Below the pieces are notes generated by a model. That model had not been told where the DNA came from, did not search any database, and saw only the letters and a list, made by a program, of their open reading frames with translations. A program made the position numbers and the translations under genes. Below are positions 20,987 through 32,600 of a stretch of 64,000 nucleotides of DNA, in pieces (position 1 is the first letter of the stretch; each line of letters starts with the position of its first letter). Origin of the DNA: a virus; the IMG/VR virus record IMGVR_UViG_3300042387_002331; one strand, written 5' to 3'.

Positions 20987-22018
20987 ATGAAAAAAGACCT
21001 CTTAAACCTCTTAGATAACATACAAGAACACGGGGAAGAAACCCCACAATCGGAGCGCTACCTGCTTATAGATGGACTCAATCTCTTCTTTCGAAATTTT
21101 AGTGCAATTAATGCCGTCAATTCAAATGGAGTCCACATTGGAGGTTTAGGAGGATTTTTTCGTTCTTTGGGGGCTTTAATTCGCACCATCCAACCAACAC
21201 AAGTTTATGTTGTGTTTGATGGTGTGGGTTCCTCCAATAATAGAAAAAACATTATTCCTGAATACAAATCAAACAGAAATGTAACTCGAGTAACTAAACA
21301 TGAATTATTTGATAGTTTAGAAGAAGAAGATGACTCTAAAGTAGATCAAATTGTTCGAATTATCCAATACTTAAAGACATTACCTGTTAAAACAATATCC
21401 TTACCTCGAGTAGAAGCAGATGATATTATCGCATACTTAAGTGCTACATTACCTACAAAACCTGAAGATAGAGTATTCATAGTATCCAGTGATAAAGATT
21501 ATTTACAGTTAGTAACCGAAAAAGTAATTGTTTATCGCCCAATTGAAAAAGAATACTATACTACAGATACTGTAAAAGAAAAATTTAATGTGCCCCCACA
21601 CAATTTCTTGTTATACAAGTTATTAATGGGTGATAATTCTGATGGAATCACAGGTATTAAGGGATTAGGACCTAAAGGTTTATTTAAAAAATTTCCTGAA
21701 TTAGCTGAACGTGATTTGTCGTTTGATGATTTGCTAGATATAGCGGAAGCTAAATTAAAAGAACATGTTGTATATGCAAGAGTATTACATGATGTTCCCC
21801 TATTAGAAGATAAATATAAAGTTATGGACTTATCTAATCCTATGATAAGTGATGCAGATAAAATATTTATAGATAACTTCGTTGTAAACACTCCATTAAA
21901 TTTTGTACCTAACATGTTTGTTGAAATGTGCAACGAAGATCAAATTGGAAACTTAATTCGAAATACTGAATTTTGGGTTCAAGATGTTTTTAAAGATTTG
22001 TTGGTTACCCGACAATAA
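20987..22018 (+). CDS. 5'-3' exonuclease / RNase H (FEN-like)
   Basis: LIDGLNLFFR, VFDG, YKSNR, EADD, SSDKD and GDNSD...GIKGLGPK; ATG at 20987 preferred. Confidence 0.92.
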   Translation: MKKDLLNLLDNIQEHGEETPQSERYLLIDGLNLFFRNFSAINAVNSNGVHIGGLGGFFRSLGALIRTIQPTQVYVVFDGVGSSNNRKNIIPEYKSNRNVTRVTKHELFDSLEEEDDSKVDQIVRIIQYLKTLPVKTISLPRVEADDIIAYLSATLPTKPEDRVFIVSSDKDYLQLVTEKVIVYRPIEKEYYTTDTVKEKFNVPPHNFLLYKLLMGDNSDGITGIKGLGPKGLFKKFPELAERDLSFDDLLDIAEAKLKEHVVYARVLHDVPLLEDKYKVMDLSNPMISDADKIFIDNFVVNTPLNFVPNMFVEMCNEDQIGNLIRNTEFWVQDVFKDLLVTRQ

Positions 22019-22046
22019 GTTATTAAATTTAAATAAAAGTTATAAA

Positions 22047-23399
22047 ATGACATTACAATCAATTGATGAATACGGACCATCGTTCCAGATGAAAGTAATT
22101 TCTTCTTTATTAACACATAAAGAATTTTTACAAAACATAAACGACGTACTAAGTGATGAATACTTTAGTAATCCGGCTCATAAATGGGTTATAAACGAGA
22201 TTCTTAAGTACTACGAAAAGTACCATACAACCATTTCAATGGATATTTTAAAAGTTGAAATGAAAAAGTTGGGCAATGAAGTGCTTAAAGTATCTGTTAA
22301 AGAACAGTTACGAGAAGCATATAGAGCAGACATTGAAGATTTAGCTTATGTGCAAGAAGAATTTTCTACATTCTGTAAAAATCAACAGTTAAAAAAAGCA
22401 CTATTAAATAGTGTTGACTTACTAAAAGCAGGTGACTACGACTCAATCAAATATATGATTGAATCAGCAATGAAAGCAGGTGCTGACAAAAACATTGGAC
22501 ACGAATATAAAAAAGATACTGAATCACGTTACCGTGAAGATCATAGAACAATAGTACCTACTCCTTGGCCTGAAATCAATGAATTAATTCAAGGTGGTTT
22601 AGGTAATGGAGATTTAGGTTTAATTTTTGGTAATCCTGGAGGAGGTAAATCTTGGACATTAGTTGCTTTAGGTGGTTATGCAGTAAAAATGGGATACAAT
22701 GTTATCCACTACACTTTAGAATTAAGTGAAGCATATACTGGAAGACGATATGACGCTTTCTTTACAGGTGTACCTGTTGACCAATTAGAAAAACATAAAA
22801 ATAACGTAGAAGCATCAACTTCTGACTTACCAGGTGAATTGATTATTCGTGAATTTCCGATGGGAAAAACCACAATTTCTACAATAGAAGCACACATAAA
22901 TAAAGTAAAAGATTTAGGAATCACACCAGATCTTATCATTATAGATTATATTGATCTTCTTTCTTCAAGACGAAAAAGAGGCGATCGCAAAGAAGAAATT
23001 GATGATATTTATACAAGCACCAAGGGATTAGCTCGTGAATTAAACATACCAATTTGGTCAGTTTCACAAGTAAATCGCGCAGGAGCTAAAGATGATGTTA
23101 TTGAAGGCGATAAAGCCGCAGGAAGTTATGATAAAATGATGATAACCGACCTTTCAATTTCATTATCAAGAAAGAAAGAAGATAAAGTTAACGGAACAGG
23201 AAGACTTCACATTATGAAAAACCGATATGGAATGGATGGACTTACCTTCCAAGTTGAAGTTGATACTTCAACCGGTAGAATTAAAGTAGGAAACCATTAT
23301 GACGAAGAAACTGATGCTCCAAAGAAAATGTCGAATGAGGAATACGAAAACATTGACAGAAAAATGCTAGCAAGTAAATTTTTTGAACTAAATACATGA
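22047..23399 (+). CDS. Replicative DnaB-like helicase (gp41-like)
   Basis: GNPGGGKS, TLELS, IIIDYIDL, SQVNR and KNRYG; ATG at 22047 preferred. Confidence 0.92.
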   Translation: MTLQSIDEYGPSFQMKVISSLLTHKEFLQNINDVLSDEYFSNPAHKWVINEILKYYEKYHTTISMDILKVEMKKLGNEVLKVSVKEQLREAYRADIEDLAYVQEEFSTFCKNQQLKKALLNSVDLLKAGDYDSIKYMIESAMKAGADKNIGHEYKKDTESRYREDHRTIVPTPWPEINELIQGGLGNGDLGLIFGNPGGGKSWTLVALGGYAVKMGYNVIHYTLELSEAYTGRRYDAFFTGVPVDQLEKHKNNVEASTSDLPGELIIREFPMGKTTISTIEAHINKVKDLGITPDLIIIDYIDLLSSRRKRGDRKEEIDDIYTSTKGLARELNIPIWSVSQVNRAGAKDDVIEGDKAAGSYDKMMITDLSISLSRKKEDKVNGTGRLHIMKNRYGMDGLTFQVEVDTSTGRIKVGNHYDEETDAPKKMSNEEYENIDRKMLASKFFELNT

Positions 23400-24346
23400 T
23401 AACAGAACCGCGTAATTTTTATAAACCATTTGAATACCAAATGGCGTTTGATTTCTACAAAGATCAACACAGAGCACATTGGTTAGCTGATGAAGTACCC
23501 TTAGCTTCAGACTTAAATGACTGGAAACTTAAATTAAACGATTCTGAACGAAATTTAATCGGAAACATTTTAAAGTCATTTGCTCAAACAGAAATACATG
23601 TAAACGACTATTGGTCAACAAAAGTATCTTTATGGTTTCCAAAACCTGAAGTACAAGCAATGGCTCGTGTATTTGCTGATTTTGAAAGCATCCATGCTGA
23701 AGCATATGCTCGTTTAAATGAAGAACTTGGTTTAGATGATTTTAAAGCGTTTTTAGAAGACGAAGAAGCTAAAGCAAAAATTGATCGTTTAGTTGAAACA
23801 CCTGGAGAAACATTACATGAAAAGGCACTTTCATTAGCTATATTTTCTGCATTTACAGAAGGTGTAAATTTGTTTTCTTCATTTGCTGTTTTGATGTCAT
23901 TTCAATTGCGTAACCTAATGAAAGGTACAGGTCAAATTGTAGAATGGAGCGTACGTGACGAGTCATTACATTCAAAAGCAGGATGCTGGCTATTCAGAAC
24001 ATTAGTTAGTGAAAACCCAGATTTAGATGACCATAAATTGATGGGGGAAATTTACAAAGCATGTGAAGTTTCAGTTAATCTAGAATTTGACTTTATAGAC
24101 AAAGCATTTGAAATGGGGGATATTGAAGGTTTATCAAAAGACCAATTAAAAAACTTTATTAAAGCACGTGCAAACGAAAAATTAAACGAATTAGGTTATA
24201 GTCCACTTTACAATGATGTAGATCCTAATTTAATGAGAGAAATGGAATGGTTTAACCATTTAACAAGCGGAAAAACACATCAAGATTTCTTTGCAAACCG
24301 AGTAACAGATTATTCAAAATCAACAGCTGATTGGAGCGATTTATAA
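23396..24346 (+). CDS. nrdB: Class Ia ribonucleotide reductase beta subunit
   Basis: ESIHAEAY, EGVNLFSSF, RDESLH and DFF..R..DY. Confidence 0.95.
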   Translation: MITEPRNFYKPFEYQMAFDFYKDQHRAHWLADEVPLASDLNDWKLKLNDSERNLIGNILKSFAQTEIHVNDYWSTKVSLWFPKPEVQAMARVFADFESIHAEAYARLNEELGLDDFKAFLEDEEAKAKIDRLVETPGETLHEKALSLAIFSAFTEGVNLFSSFAVLMSFQLRNLMKGTGQIVEWSVRDESLHSKAGCWLFRTLVSENPDLDDHKLMGEIYKACEVSVNLEFDFIDKAFEMGDIEGLSKDQLKNFIKARANEKLNELGYSPLYNDVDPNLMREMEWFNHLTSGKTHQDFFANRVTDYSKSTADWSDL

Positions 24347-24350
24347 AATT

Positions 24351-26075
24351 ATGAGCATACAAGTAGATACAACAAATTGGACAAAAGGGAAAAATTTCCC
24401 TACATGGATGGATGAAATTGGATTAAGTATTATCTCTAAAGGATACTTACTCCCAGATGAAGATGTATTTGGAGCATTTAAACGTGTATCTAAAGCAGCA
24501 TCACGTCGCTTAAAACGTAAAGATTTACAACCATACTTTTACGAAGCGATGACAAAAAATTGGTTATGTTTAGCTTCCCCTGTTTTATCAAATATGGGAA
24601 CCGAACGTGGAATGCCTATTTCATGCTTTGGAATAGACACAGACGATTCAATTGAAGGGATTGCATTAGCAAACTCTGAATTGATGCGTTTATCTTCTCA
24701 AGGTGGAGGTGTTGGTATTGGGGTATCTCGAATTAGAGGACGTGGTAAATCAATTAAAGATAATGGAGTAAGTGAAGGTGTAGTTCCGTGGATTAAAATA
24801 TATGATTCAACTATTTTAGCCACCAATCAGGGTTCAGTTAGACGTGGAGCAGCTTCAGTTAACTTAAACATCAACCACCCTGATGTTGAAGAGTTTTTAA
24901 TGATTCGTCGTCCAAAAGGAGATGTTAATCGCCAATGTTTAAACATGCACCAATGTGTTGTAATTGATGATGAATTTATGAACAAAGTTGAAGAACGTGA
25001 TCCTAAAGCATTAAAATTATGGGGTGAAATTTTAAAAACACGTTTAGAAACAGGTGAACCTTATATCATGTTTGAGGATAATGTAAACAACAATAATCCT
25101 GAAGCATATAAAAAGAACAATTTACATGTTTCTATGACAAACATCTGTTCTGAAATTTCATTATACACAGATGAATTACATTCATTTATTTGTTGTTTAT
25201 CTTCTCTTAATTTAGCAAGATGGGATGAATGGAAAGAATATACATTTGAAAATGGAATGACATTACCAGAACTAACTTGTTGGTTTTTAGAAGGTGTATT
25301 ACAAGAATTTATTGATCGAGCAAAAAATATCCGTTTTATGGAAAACACATACCGCTCAGCATCTAAAGGTAGAGCAATTGGTATTGGTGTTTTAGGATGG
25401 CATACATTTTTGCAAGAAAAAGGAATACCGTTTGCGGGATTGCAAGCAAACTCTTATACAAGAGTTATGTTTGATTTCATTGAAAAAGAAACACTAAAAG
25501 CTTCCCGCGCCCAAGCTGAATTATATGGAGAACCTGAATGGTGTAAAGGTACCGGACTGCGCCACACCCATCATTTAGCGATTGCCCCAACAGTTTCTAA
25601 TGCCCATATTTCAGGTGGTGTTTCACCTTCAATTGAACCAATCCCAGCAAACGTATTCAATTTAAAAACAGCAAAAGGTACTTTTATTAAGAAAAATAAA
25701 ACATTAGTAAAATTACTTGAATCTAAAGGATACAATATTGACAGTGTTTGGGATCAAATTGCAAAAGATAAGGGCTCAGTAATGGGATTACCTGATTACA
25801 TTTTAACACCTGAAGAAAAAGAAATTTTCTTAACGTTTAAAGAAATTAATCCATACGAAATTGTTCGCCAAAACGGTATTAGACAAAAATATGTTGATCA
25901 AGCAATTTCACTTAACTTAACTTTTGATCCTTCAGATTCACCAAAATATATTAGTGATGTACACAAATTAGCTTGGAAAGAAGGTATTAAAACGTTGTAC
26001 TATATGCGATCTGAAAGCATTTTAAGAGGAGATGCAATTCAAAGAGATGACAATTGTATTGCTTGTGAAGGATAA
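24351..26075 (+). CDS. nrdA: Class Ia ribonucleotide reductase alpha subunit (no ATP cone)
   Basis: SCF, GGGVG, RRGA, TNICSEI, APTVS, DQAISLN, KTLYY and C-terminal CIACEG. Confidence 0.95.
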   Translation: MSIQVDTTNWTKGKNFPTWMDEIGLSIISKGYLLPDEDVFGAFKRVSKAASRRLKRKDLQPYFYEAMTKNWLCLASPVLSNMGTERGMPISCFGIDTDDSIEGIALANSELMRLSSQGGGVGIGVSRIRGRGKSIKDNGVSEGVVPWIKIYDSTILATNQGSVRRGAASVNLNINHPDVEEFLMIRRPKGDVNRQCLNMHQCVVIDDEFMNKVEERDPKALKLWGEILKTRLETGEPYIMFEDNVNNNNPEAYKKNNLHVSMTNICSEISLYTDELHSFICCLSSLNLARWDEWKEYTFENGMTLPELTCWFLEGVLQEFIDRAKNIRFMENTYRSASKGRAIGIGVLGWHTFLQEKGIPFAGLQANSYTRVMFDFIEKETLKASRAQAELYGEPEWCKGTGLRHTHHLAIAPTVSNAHISGGVSPSIEPIPANVFNLKTAKGTFIKKNKTLVKLLESKGYNIDSVWDQIAKDKGSVMGLPDYILTPEEKEIFLTFKEINPYEIVRQNGIRQKYVDQAISLNLTFDPSDSPKYISDVHKLAWKEGIKTLYYMRSESILRGDAIQRDDNCIACEG

Positions 26076-26100
26076 CAATATGTATAATAAATTATCAGTT

Positions 26101-26346
26101 ATGGAAACCAGAAAAACATTACTGAAAATGAAAACAAATTATTGGAAACCAACTCCAAAAAAATGGAGAAAAATTGGAGATACTCTTTTAGCAGTATCTT
26201 CAGTACTAGCTATTGGTGGGCTATGGCAATTTGACAATCTTAAAGACATCTTTACAGCATTTGAAATCAAAGCAATGATAGTTGCTTCTATTGCTATGGG
26301 TGCCTTAGGAAAATTTTTAACAAACTTTTTTAAAGAAGAAGAATAG
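26101..26346 (+). CDS. Small two-TM membrane protein, holin candidate
   Basis: Two hydrophobic helices; directly upstream of the endolysin; late motif at 26078. Confidence 0.5.
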   Translation: METRKTLLKMKTNYWKPTPKKWRKIGDTLLAVSSVLAIGGLWQFDNLKDIFTAFEIKAMIVASIAMGALGKFLTNFFKEEE

Positions 26347-26347
26347 T

Positions 26348-26866
26348 ATGAGTTACGAATGGTTAAAAGAAGAAAAATCTCCAAAACTTTTAGTAGAAGC
26401 TGTTAAACATATTGGAGTTAAAGAAATTGTAGGTTCAAAACACAACCCAGTTATCCTTGGATGGGCCGGAGCTTTAGGACTTAAAAGTATTTATACTAAT
26501 GATGAAATTCCTTGGTGTGGTTTATACATAGGGTATTGTGCTCATGCTGCAGGATTACAAGTAGTAGAAAGACCATTATGGGCTTTAAACTGGGCAAAAT
26601 ATGGAAATAAAGTTGATGAACCTATGCTTGGTGACATTTTAACATTTAAAAGAAATGGAGGTGGACATGTTGGAATATATGTTGGTGAAGATGAAAAATA
26701 TTTCCATGTTTTAGGTGGAAACCAAAACAACTCAGTAAGCGTTAGCAGAATTGCTAAATCAAGATTACACCAAGCAAGAAGAACAGCATGGAAAGTAGCT
26801 CAACCTGCTAACGTAAGAAAAGTATTCTTAGAAGCAAAAGGAGCTATTACTACAAATGAAAGCTAA
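26348..26866 (+). CDS. Endolysin candidate, NlpC/P60-CHAP-like (TIGR02594-type) peptidase
   Basis: DEIPWCG...GGHVG...LGGNQ catalytic Cys/His pattern. Confidence 0.85.
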   Translation: MSYEWLKEEKSPKLLVEAVKHIGVKEIVGSKHNPVILGWAGALGLKSIYTNDEIPWCGLYIGYCAHAAGLQVVERPLWALNWAKYGNKVDEPMLGDILTFKRNGGGHVGIYVGEDEKYFHVLGGNQNNSVSVSRIAKSRLHQARRTAWKVAQPANVRKVFLEAKGAITTNES

Positions 26867-26894
26867 CAAAAAGTAACCAATAAAAACAAATAAA

Positions 26895-27062
26895 ATGACA
26901 AAAGAACAAGTACTAGGAATTATCCGTCATACTTTAACATTTGTTGGAGGTATCCTTTTAATGAAAGGGATCATGGATGAAGCAACTTGGACTGAACTTT
27001 CAGGTAGTGCAATGACACTAGTTGGAACTGTTTGGTCAATAGTTGATAAAAATAAAAAATAA
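26895..27062 (+). CDS. 55 aa two-TM holin-like protein (not in ORF track)
   Basis: Hand translation MTKEQVLGIIRHTLTFVGGILLMKGIMDEATWTELSGSAMTLVGTVWSIVDKNKK; follows the endolysin. Confidence 0.7.
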   Translation: MTKEQVLGIIRHTLTFVGGILLMKGIMDEATWTELSGSAMTLVGTVWSIVDKNKK

Positions 27063-27085
27063 TTAATTTTTTTTAAAAACCTTTG

Positions 27086-27106
27086 AAGCCCCGAATGGGG
27101 CTTTTT
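27086..27106 (+). terminator. Intrinsic terminator nested in a TTTG-N20-TATATT promoter
   Basis: aagcccc-gaat-ggggctt followed by a T run. Confidence 0.8.
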
Positions 27107-27118
27107 ATATTTTTAAAT

Positions 27119-28135
27119 ATGAAACAAAAATTTTTACCTTGGTTCTTGCTGTTTTGTGCCATTGGATTATCAGCAACAGCAGCTTATTACAGTGTAATCG
27201 GATTATCTATTGTATTTGCCGGTGTAGCTATTCCTGTAATTGTAATGGGATCGTTTTTAGAAGTATCTAAAATCGCTATTGCAACTTATCTCCACAATGC
27301 TTGGAAAAATACCTATACACTTTTAAAAATTTATTTAACTATAGCGCTTGTAATTTTATCTGTAATTACCTCTATTGGAATTTATGGTTTATTAAGTACT
27401 GGATTTCAAGAAAACATTGCAAAACTTGAAATTGGAGGCAAACAAATCCAAAATATAGAAGTTAAAAAACAGAGATTTGAAGAAATTAAATCCGAATTAG
27501 AAAAAGAAAAATCAACACTAGACAAAGACATATCCCAGTTACGTAATGCTTTATCTACAAATACAACTACTCAATCAGTAGATGCTAGAACAGGACAAGT
27601 TGTTACTAGAGCAAATAATGCTAACCGCAAATCATTTGAAGCACAACTTGCAGCGGCACAAGTTAGTAAAGACAAATTATCTACTAAAATAGACGCGTTA
27701 AACGATTCAATTACAAACCTGGATATTAAGGTTTTAGATATGGAATCTAAAGCAAGTGAAGGCAATGAATTAGGTGCAGTACAGTATGTAAGTGAAATTA
27801 CTGGAGCTGACGTAAAAACAGTGGCAAATTGGTTCATATTTATGTTGATCTTTGTGTTTGATCCACTAGCCATAACCCTTGTTATAGCTACCAATCAAGC
27901 GTTTGATCGCATTAAACCTAAAATTAATATTTATGGTGAAATAAAATCAACTGAACCTATAGTAGAACCTGAACCTGTTTTTACCCCTAACCCATACTCA
28001 GAAAGGGATCGTATTTTAAACGAAATTCAGATGGTAGAAAGTTCAAATGTTTCCGGAAAAAGAAAAGGAGCAGTTTTACAAGATTTACGTAGTAAACTAT
28101 CATCTTTAAATGACGATAATACCAAAACATATTAA
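27119..28135 (+). CDS. Multi-pass membrane protein with a long coiled coil
   Basis: Three N-terminal TM helices, a heptad region and a C-terminal TM (IFVFDPLAI). Confidence 0.7.
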   Translation: MKQKFLPWFLLFCAIGLSATAAYYSVIGLSIVFAGVAIPVIVMGSFLEVSKIAIATYLHNAWKNTYTLLKIYLTIALVILSVITSIGIYGLLSTGFQENIAKLEIGGKQIQNIEVKKQRFEEIKSELEKEKSTLDKDISQLRNALSTNTTTQSVDARTGQVVTRANNANRKSFEAQLAAAQVSKDKLSTKIDALNDSITNLDIKVLDMESKASEGNELGAVQYVSEITGADVKTVANWFIFMLIFVFDPLAITLVIATNQAFDRIKPKINIYGEIKSTEPIVEPEPVFTPNPYSERDRILNEIQMVESSNVSGKRKGAVLQDLRSKLSSLNDDNTKTY

Positions 28136-28150
28136 TATTTATAATATGTA

Positions 28151-28489
28151 ATGGAAAATTTATACAACAATACCGACATAAACTGGGTTCAAGTTATTGA
28201 CCCTAGTACAAATTATGTTTACTATGTTCCTACTTCATATTTATACAATCCAAAAAACGGAGGAACATATTCGGAAATTGAAGGGGTATTTATTTCTAAT
28301 ACAATAATTAATGCTGTTGTTTACACAGGAAGTTTTAGTGACTCTCCATATATTGAATTTTACAAAGGAGATGGAACCACATTTACCCAATCATTAAGTA
28401 TTTCATCAACAAGTAGTTCTTTTGCTCTAAGTGCTTCATATGCTGATTATGCTGTAACAGCATCTTATATTGATGGGGGAACATTTTAA
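28151..28489 (+). CDS. Virion/fibre-associated protein ending IDGGTF
   Basis: Late motif at 28135; SASYA repeats. Confidence 0.55.
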   Translation: MENLYNNTDINWVQVIDPSTNYVYYVPTSYLYNPKNGGTYSEIEGVFISNTIINAVVYTGSFSDSPYIEFYKGDGTTFTQSLSISSTSSSFALSASYADYAVTASYIDGGTF

Positions 28490-28827
28490 TGATAACAAGA
28501 ATACCTTTTCAGTGGAACACAGCTAATTTTAATTGGGATGCAACAAATCCAACAGATGGAAAAGTGTATCCTACTTATGAAAGAGTAACAGGAACAAATC
28601 TTTGGAATGATTGTGCTTTAATAATTGAAATCATAGGAAAAACTCACCCTGATGAATTTCTAAACCAAAACCCTGAAAAGAAAAAACAATTTATAAAACT
28701 CCTTTGCAAAGTTCAGGGAAAAGAATATAAAGAAACTAAAGAGGTACATAAAACCAAAATATTTATACGAGATATAAAACTAGTTGCTAAAGAAGTACTA
28801 GGAGTAGATGTAAAAATTAACAAATAA
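28489..28827 (+). CDS. Hypothetical protein
   Basis: Coupled ORF, 112 aa. Confidence 0.55.
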   Translation: MITRIPFQWNTANFNWDATNPTDGKVYPTYERVTGTNLWNDCALIIEIIGKTHPDEFLNQNPEKKKQFIKLLCKVQGKEYKETKEVHKTKIFIRDIKLVAKEVLGVDVKINK

Positions 28828-29372
28828 TGTATACTTTATACACAGATAAACAAGAACTTTTTGAGTGCTCTATATCATTAGAGGGTGCTTCGGTTAAAAA
28901 CAGTAAAGTTCGCTTAGTAGTAGAAGCAGATAATTTAAATCTTTTATTTAAAGGAACCATTGACTCTAGTGGAAAATGTACCGTTCCTATCCGCAAACTA
29001 AAAAATCTTTTAGAAGAATCAACAAAAGGTAAAATAAGACTTGAGGTTATAGCAGACGATACGTATTTTACACCATGGGAATCTGATTTTGAAGTAGAAA
29101 CTGCCAAAAAAGTAACCGTGGAAGTAAAATCACAAGCAAACAAAAACACACTTACTGAAAATAAAACGGGAGTTACCGTTAAAAATATTAAAGTAGGTGA
29201 TCATGTTCAAAACATATCAAGAATGCTTGTAAAAGAAAACATTAATGTAAGTAATATGTCAAAAAATAAAGACAAATTAAACAACATTATAGCTTCCTAT
29301 TTGAAAACAAACAAAATCAGTGATGGTGAAAAAGGCAGAATAATAGAAGGTATTATCCAAATATTAATTTAA
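28827..29372 (+). CDS. Hypothetical protein (beta-rich N-terminus)
   Basis: Coupled ORF, 181 aa. Confidence 0.55.
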   Translation: MYTLYTDKQELFECSISLEGASVKNSKVRLVVEADNLNLLFKGTIDSSGKCTVPIRKLKNLLEESTKGKIRLEVIADDTYFTPWESDFEVETAKKVTVEVKSQANKNTLTENKTGVTVKNIKVGDHVQNISRMLVKENINVSNMSKNKDKLNNIIASYLKTNKISDGEKGRIIEGIIQILI

Positions 29373-29380
29373 AATAAGTT

Positions 29381-29629
29381 ATGGCAGGACCTTTTGATTT
29401 TACAGGTCAGAATATAGAAACAACATATCAAAGGGTTCTTCAAACCGATGGACAATTTGTGTATGACGGAACAGGCTCCACAGTTCCTATTAATTTAGAT
29501 TCAGCTTCATTTGCAACTACAGGTTCAAATATTTTTATTGGAGACCAAATAGTAACAGGAAGTATTTCAGTTACAAACTCCGTGACTGCCTCCTACTTTG
29601 TTGGTATTATAGACGGAGGCACTTTTTAA
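29381..29629 (+). CDS. Small fibre-associated protein ending IDGGTF
   Basis: FATTGSN.F.G.Q.VTGS motif, related to segments of the fibre proteins. Confidence 0.55.
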   Translation: MAGPFDFTGQNIETTYQRVLQTDGQFVYDGTGSTVPINLDSASFATTGSNIFIGDQIVTGSISVTNSVTASYFVGIIDGGTF

Positions 29630-29641
29630 TATTTATAAATA

Positions 29642-32600
29642 ATGAGCACAATAATAACTAGAAATAGCACAAATTCAGGAAGTACACCTTCTGTACTTGT
29701 ACAAGGTGAACTAGCAATTAATGTAACTGATGGACGTTTATTTTATGGTTCAGGTTCTGGAAACGTTGTAAAAGAATTTGGAGTAACGTCTTCATATGCT
29801 TTACAAGCTTTAAGTTCCTCATATGCTGAAACAGCTTCATATGCCCCAGCATATTTACCTTTAACAGGAGGTACAATAAATGGAGATGTAATAGTAAATG
29901 GTACTGCATCAATTGCGTTTTTAAACGTATCCTATGAATCTGCTTCTGTAATATATTCAAGTGGCTCAAATCAGTTTGGAGACGCTTCAAATGACGTTCA
30001 AACGCTTTACGGAACCGTAGATATAAAAACAGGACCTGTTTTAGTAACAGGATCTTTAGATGTATCTGGAGGAATAACAGGAAGTTTACTTGGAACTGCT
30101 TCATATGCTGCTCAAGCTTTATCAAGTTCATATGCCTTAAGTGCTTCACATGCTGATCATGCTACAAGTGCTTCATATGCCTTAACAGCATCTTATGTTA
30201 ACCCATTACACCAAATTGTTCAAATAACTGGATCTTTAAATTCAACAGGGTCTAATAATTTTTATGGAAATACTACTATTAACGGAGGATTAATAATATC
30301 TGGAGCTTATCTTCCTTTAGGTTTAGCCTCATCTTCTGTATTTTTTCATGCAAATCCAACATTTGATGGATTTTTAAAACTCAACCCAGTAAATGTAGTC
30401 CCAGACACTACAGTATCAGCTTCTTATATTTTTACTTCGGGTTCAACCCAAGATTTATATTTTTCTCAAAACAGTAACGGATATAGTAATGTAATACGTT
30501 TGCGTTGGTTAGAAGGTAATATCTATACAGGAATTTTAACTGGAGGTGTTGTTAGTGGAAGTGTAGGGGGCACTACATTTAATGTAAGTAGTGGTAGTGG
30601 CATAATAGTTACTTTAAATGCTACTACGGCTAGTATTGAACCTTATCCTACAGTTAACTATGTTCAATGGCCCTCATATACTAATGTTACTCCAACATAT
30701 TTGAATACCCATGACACAACGTGGCTTCTTATAAACAATTCAGGTAGTTTAATTCAACAAACTGATGCTCCAACTAATGGGCAATTTGATAATTTTATTC
30801 AAATTGGATCTCTAGTTCACCCTAATTTATCTACTATAAGTCTGTATAAAACTTTTACAGTAACTTCTTATGGCATTGCACAACAAACATATGAATTCAT
30901 TAGATCATTTGGTGGAATAAAAATTTCAGGCCATACTATATCTCCTAGTGGCTCTAGTTTATATGTTAATAGATCATCAGGTGTAGCATTTTCTTTAGGT
31001 AGAAATTATGTAAATAATGCTAATAAACCATCCTATGTACCTGATGCAGCATATAATTCACCATTAATATTTAAATATTATCTTTCAGGATCTACATTCG
31101 TTACTACAACAGGAAGTGTAATAGACCCAACCCAATATAATACACCTACTACCCCAACAGGCTTATCTCCTGTTCCAGGAGGACTTTATTCAATACAACG
31201 AATATTTTATTTTCCTAACCAACCTAATATATTAGGAGTTTATTATGGAAGATCTACGTATAATTCTATTTCAAATGCATTAGCTAATTTACCATACGAA
31301 GATTTTCAAGAAAATAATAACACATTAACCCAAGCAATATTTTGTGCTTATTTAATAGTAAAAAGTGGTACTTCTGATTTATCTAATACAACAGATGCTA
31401 AATTTATCCAAGCTGGTACTTTTAGAAATACTACAACTGGAGGAGGAGGTTCTACTGTAGCTAGTTTAGATGATTTATCCGATGTTAGTATTTCTTCTCC
31501 ACTTAATGGAGACTTATTAGCATATAATGGAGTTTCCTGGGTAAATACAAAAAATACTACAGGTTCATATAATATTAATGGTAATATAACTGCAAATTCA
31601 TTTACGGGATCTTTACAAGGTATAGCAACTACTGCTAGTTACGTTCAAACGGCTCAAACCGCTTCATACGTTTTAAATGCTGTAAGTTCATCATATGCTA
31701 CTCAAGCATTATCAAGTTCATATGCTTTAACAGCATCATATTCCGATACTTCAACAAGTGCATCATATGCATTGTCCGCTTCATATGCACCAAGCACACC
31801 CGCATTTCCTTATACAGGTTCTGCAGAAATTACAGGTTCATTAGGAGTAACAGGCTCATTTAGTACACAAACATTTGACGGATTAACATATGTTCCTGCT
31901 ATATCAATTAGTGATTTTTCTAGAACCATATATGATGTAATGGGCACTAGCAGCTTTGATGCTGATGCTAGAGATTTATATGATAGTACTACTGTTAATA
32001 GTATTAGTTGGGAATCTCGTAGATTATCTGACGGTTTAGGAGGTGCTAGTGTTTATTGGGATACTAGATGGTTAGTTGATCCATTAGGGATAACTACAGT
32101 GAATTGGGGTATTAGAACCGGATACGATTCATCTACTTCTCAATCAATAGATTGGGGTGGTCGTATTTTATATGATGCAAACGAATCTTATTCAATCGAT
32201 TGGGCAGCCAAAGCTTTATGGGGAACCGGTGGTTTTCCAACTTTAGAATGGGCTAGTAGATATTTAAACGATGCTAGTGGAAATGTTTCTGTAGATTGGG
32301 GTAACAGATTGACTAAAGATTCCTCTAATAAAGAGTCAATAGACTACCAGAACCGCCAATTAAAAAATTCAAATGGAAATGAAGTACTTAACTGGCAATC
32401 AGGTGTAACAATAACAGGATCGGCAATTGTTTCTGGAAGTCTTGAATCAACAGGTTCATTTAGTGTTCAAACATATAATTCATTTTTAGCTGCAACTGCA
32501 ACTGCTATTGAATTAAACGATACCACTCGAAGAATATATGATACATCGGGTTTATTAAGTATAGATGCTCTTTTTAGAACTGCAAATTATCAAAATCTTA

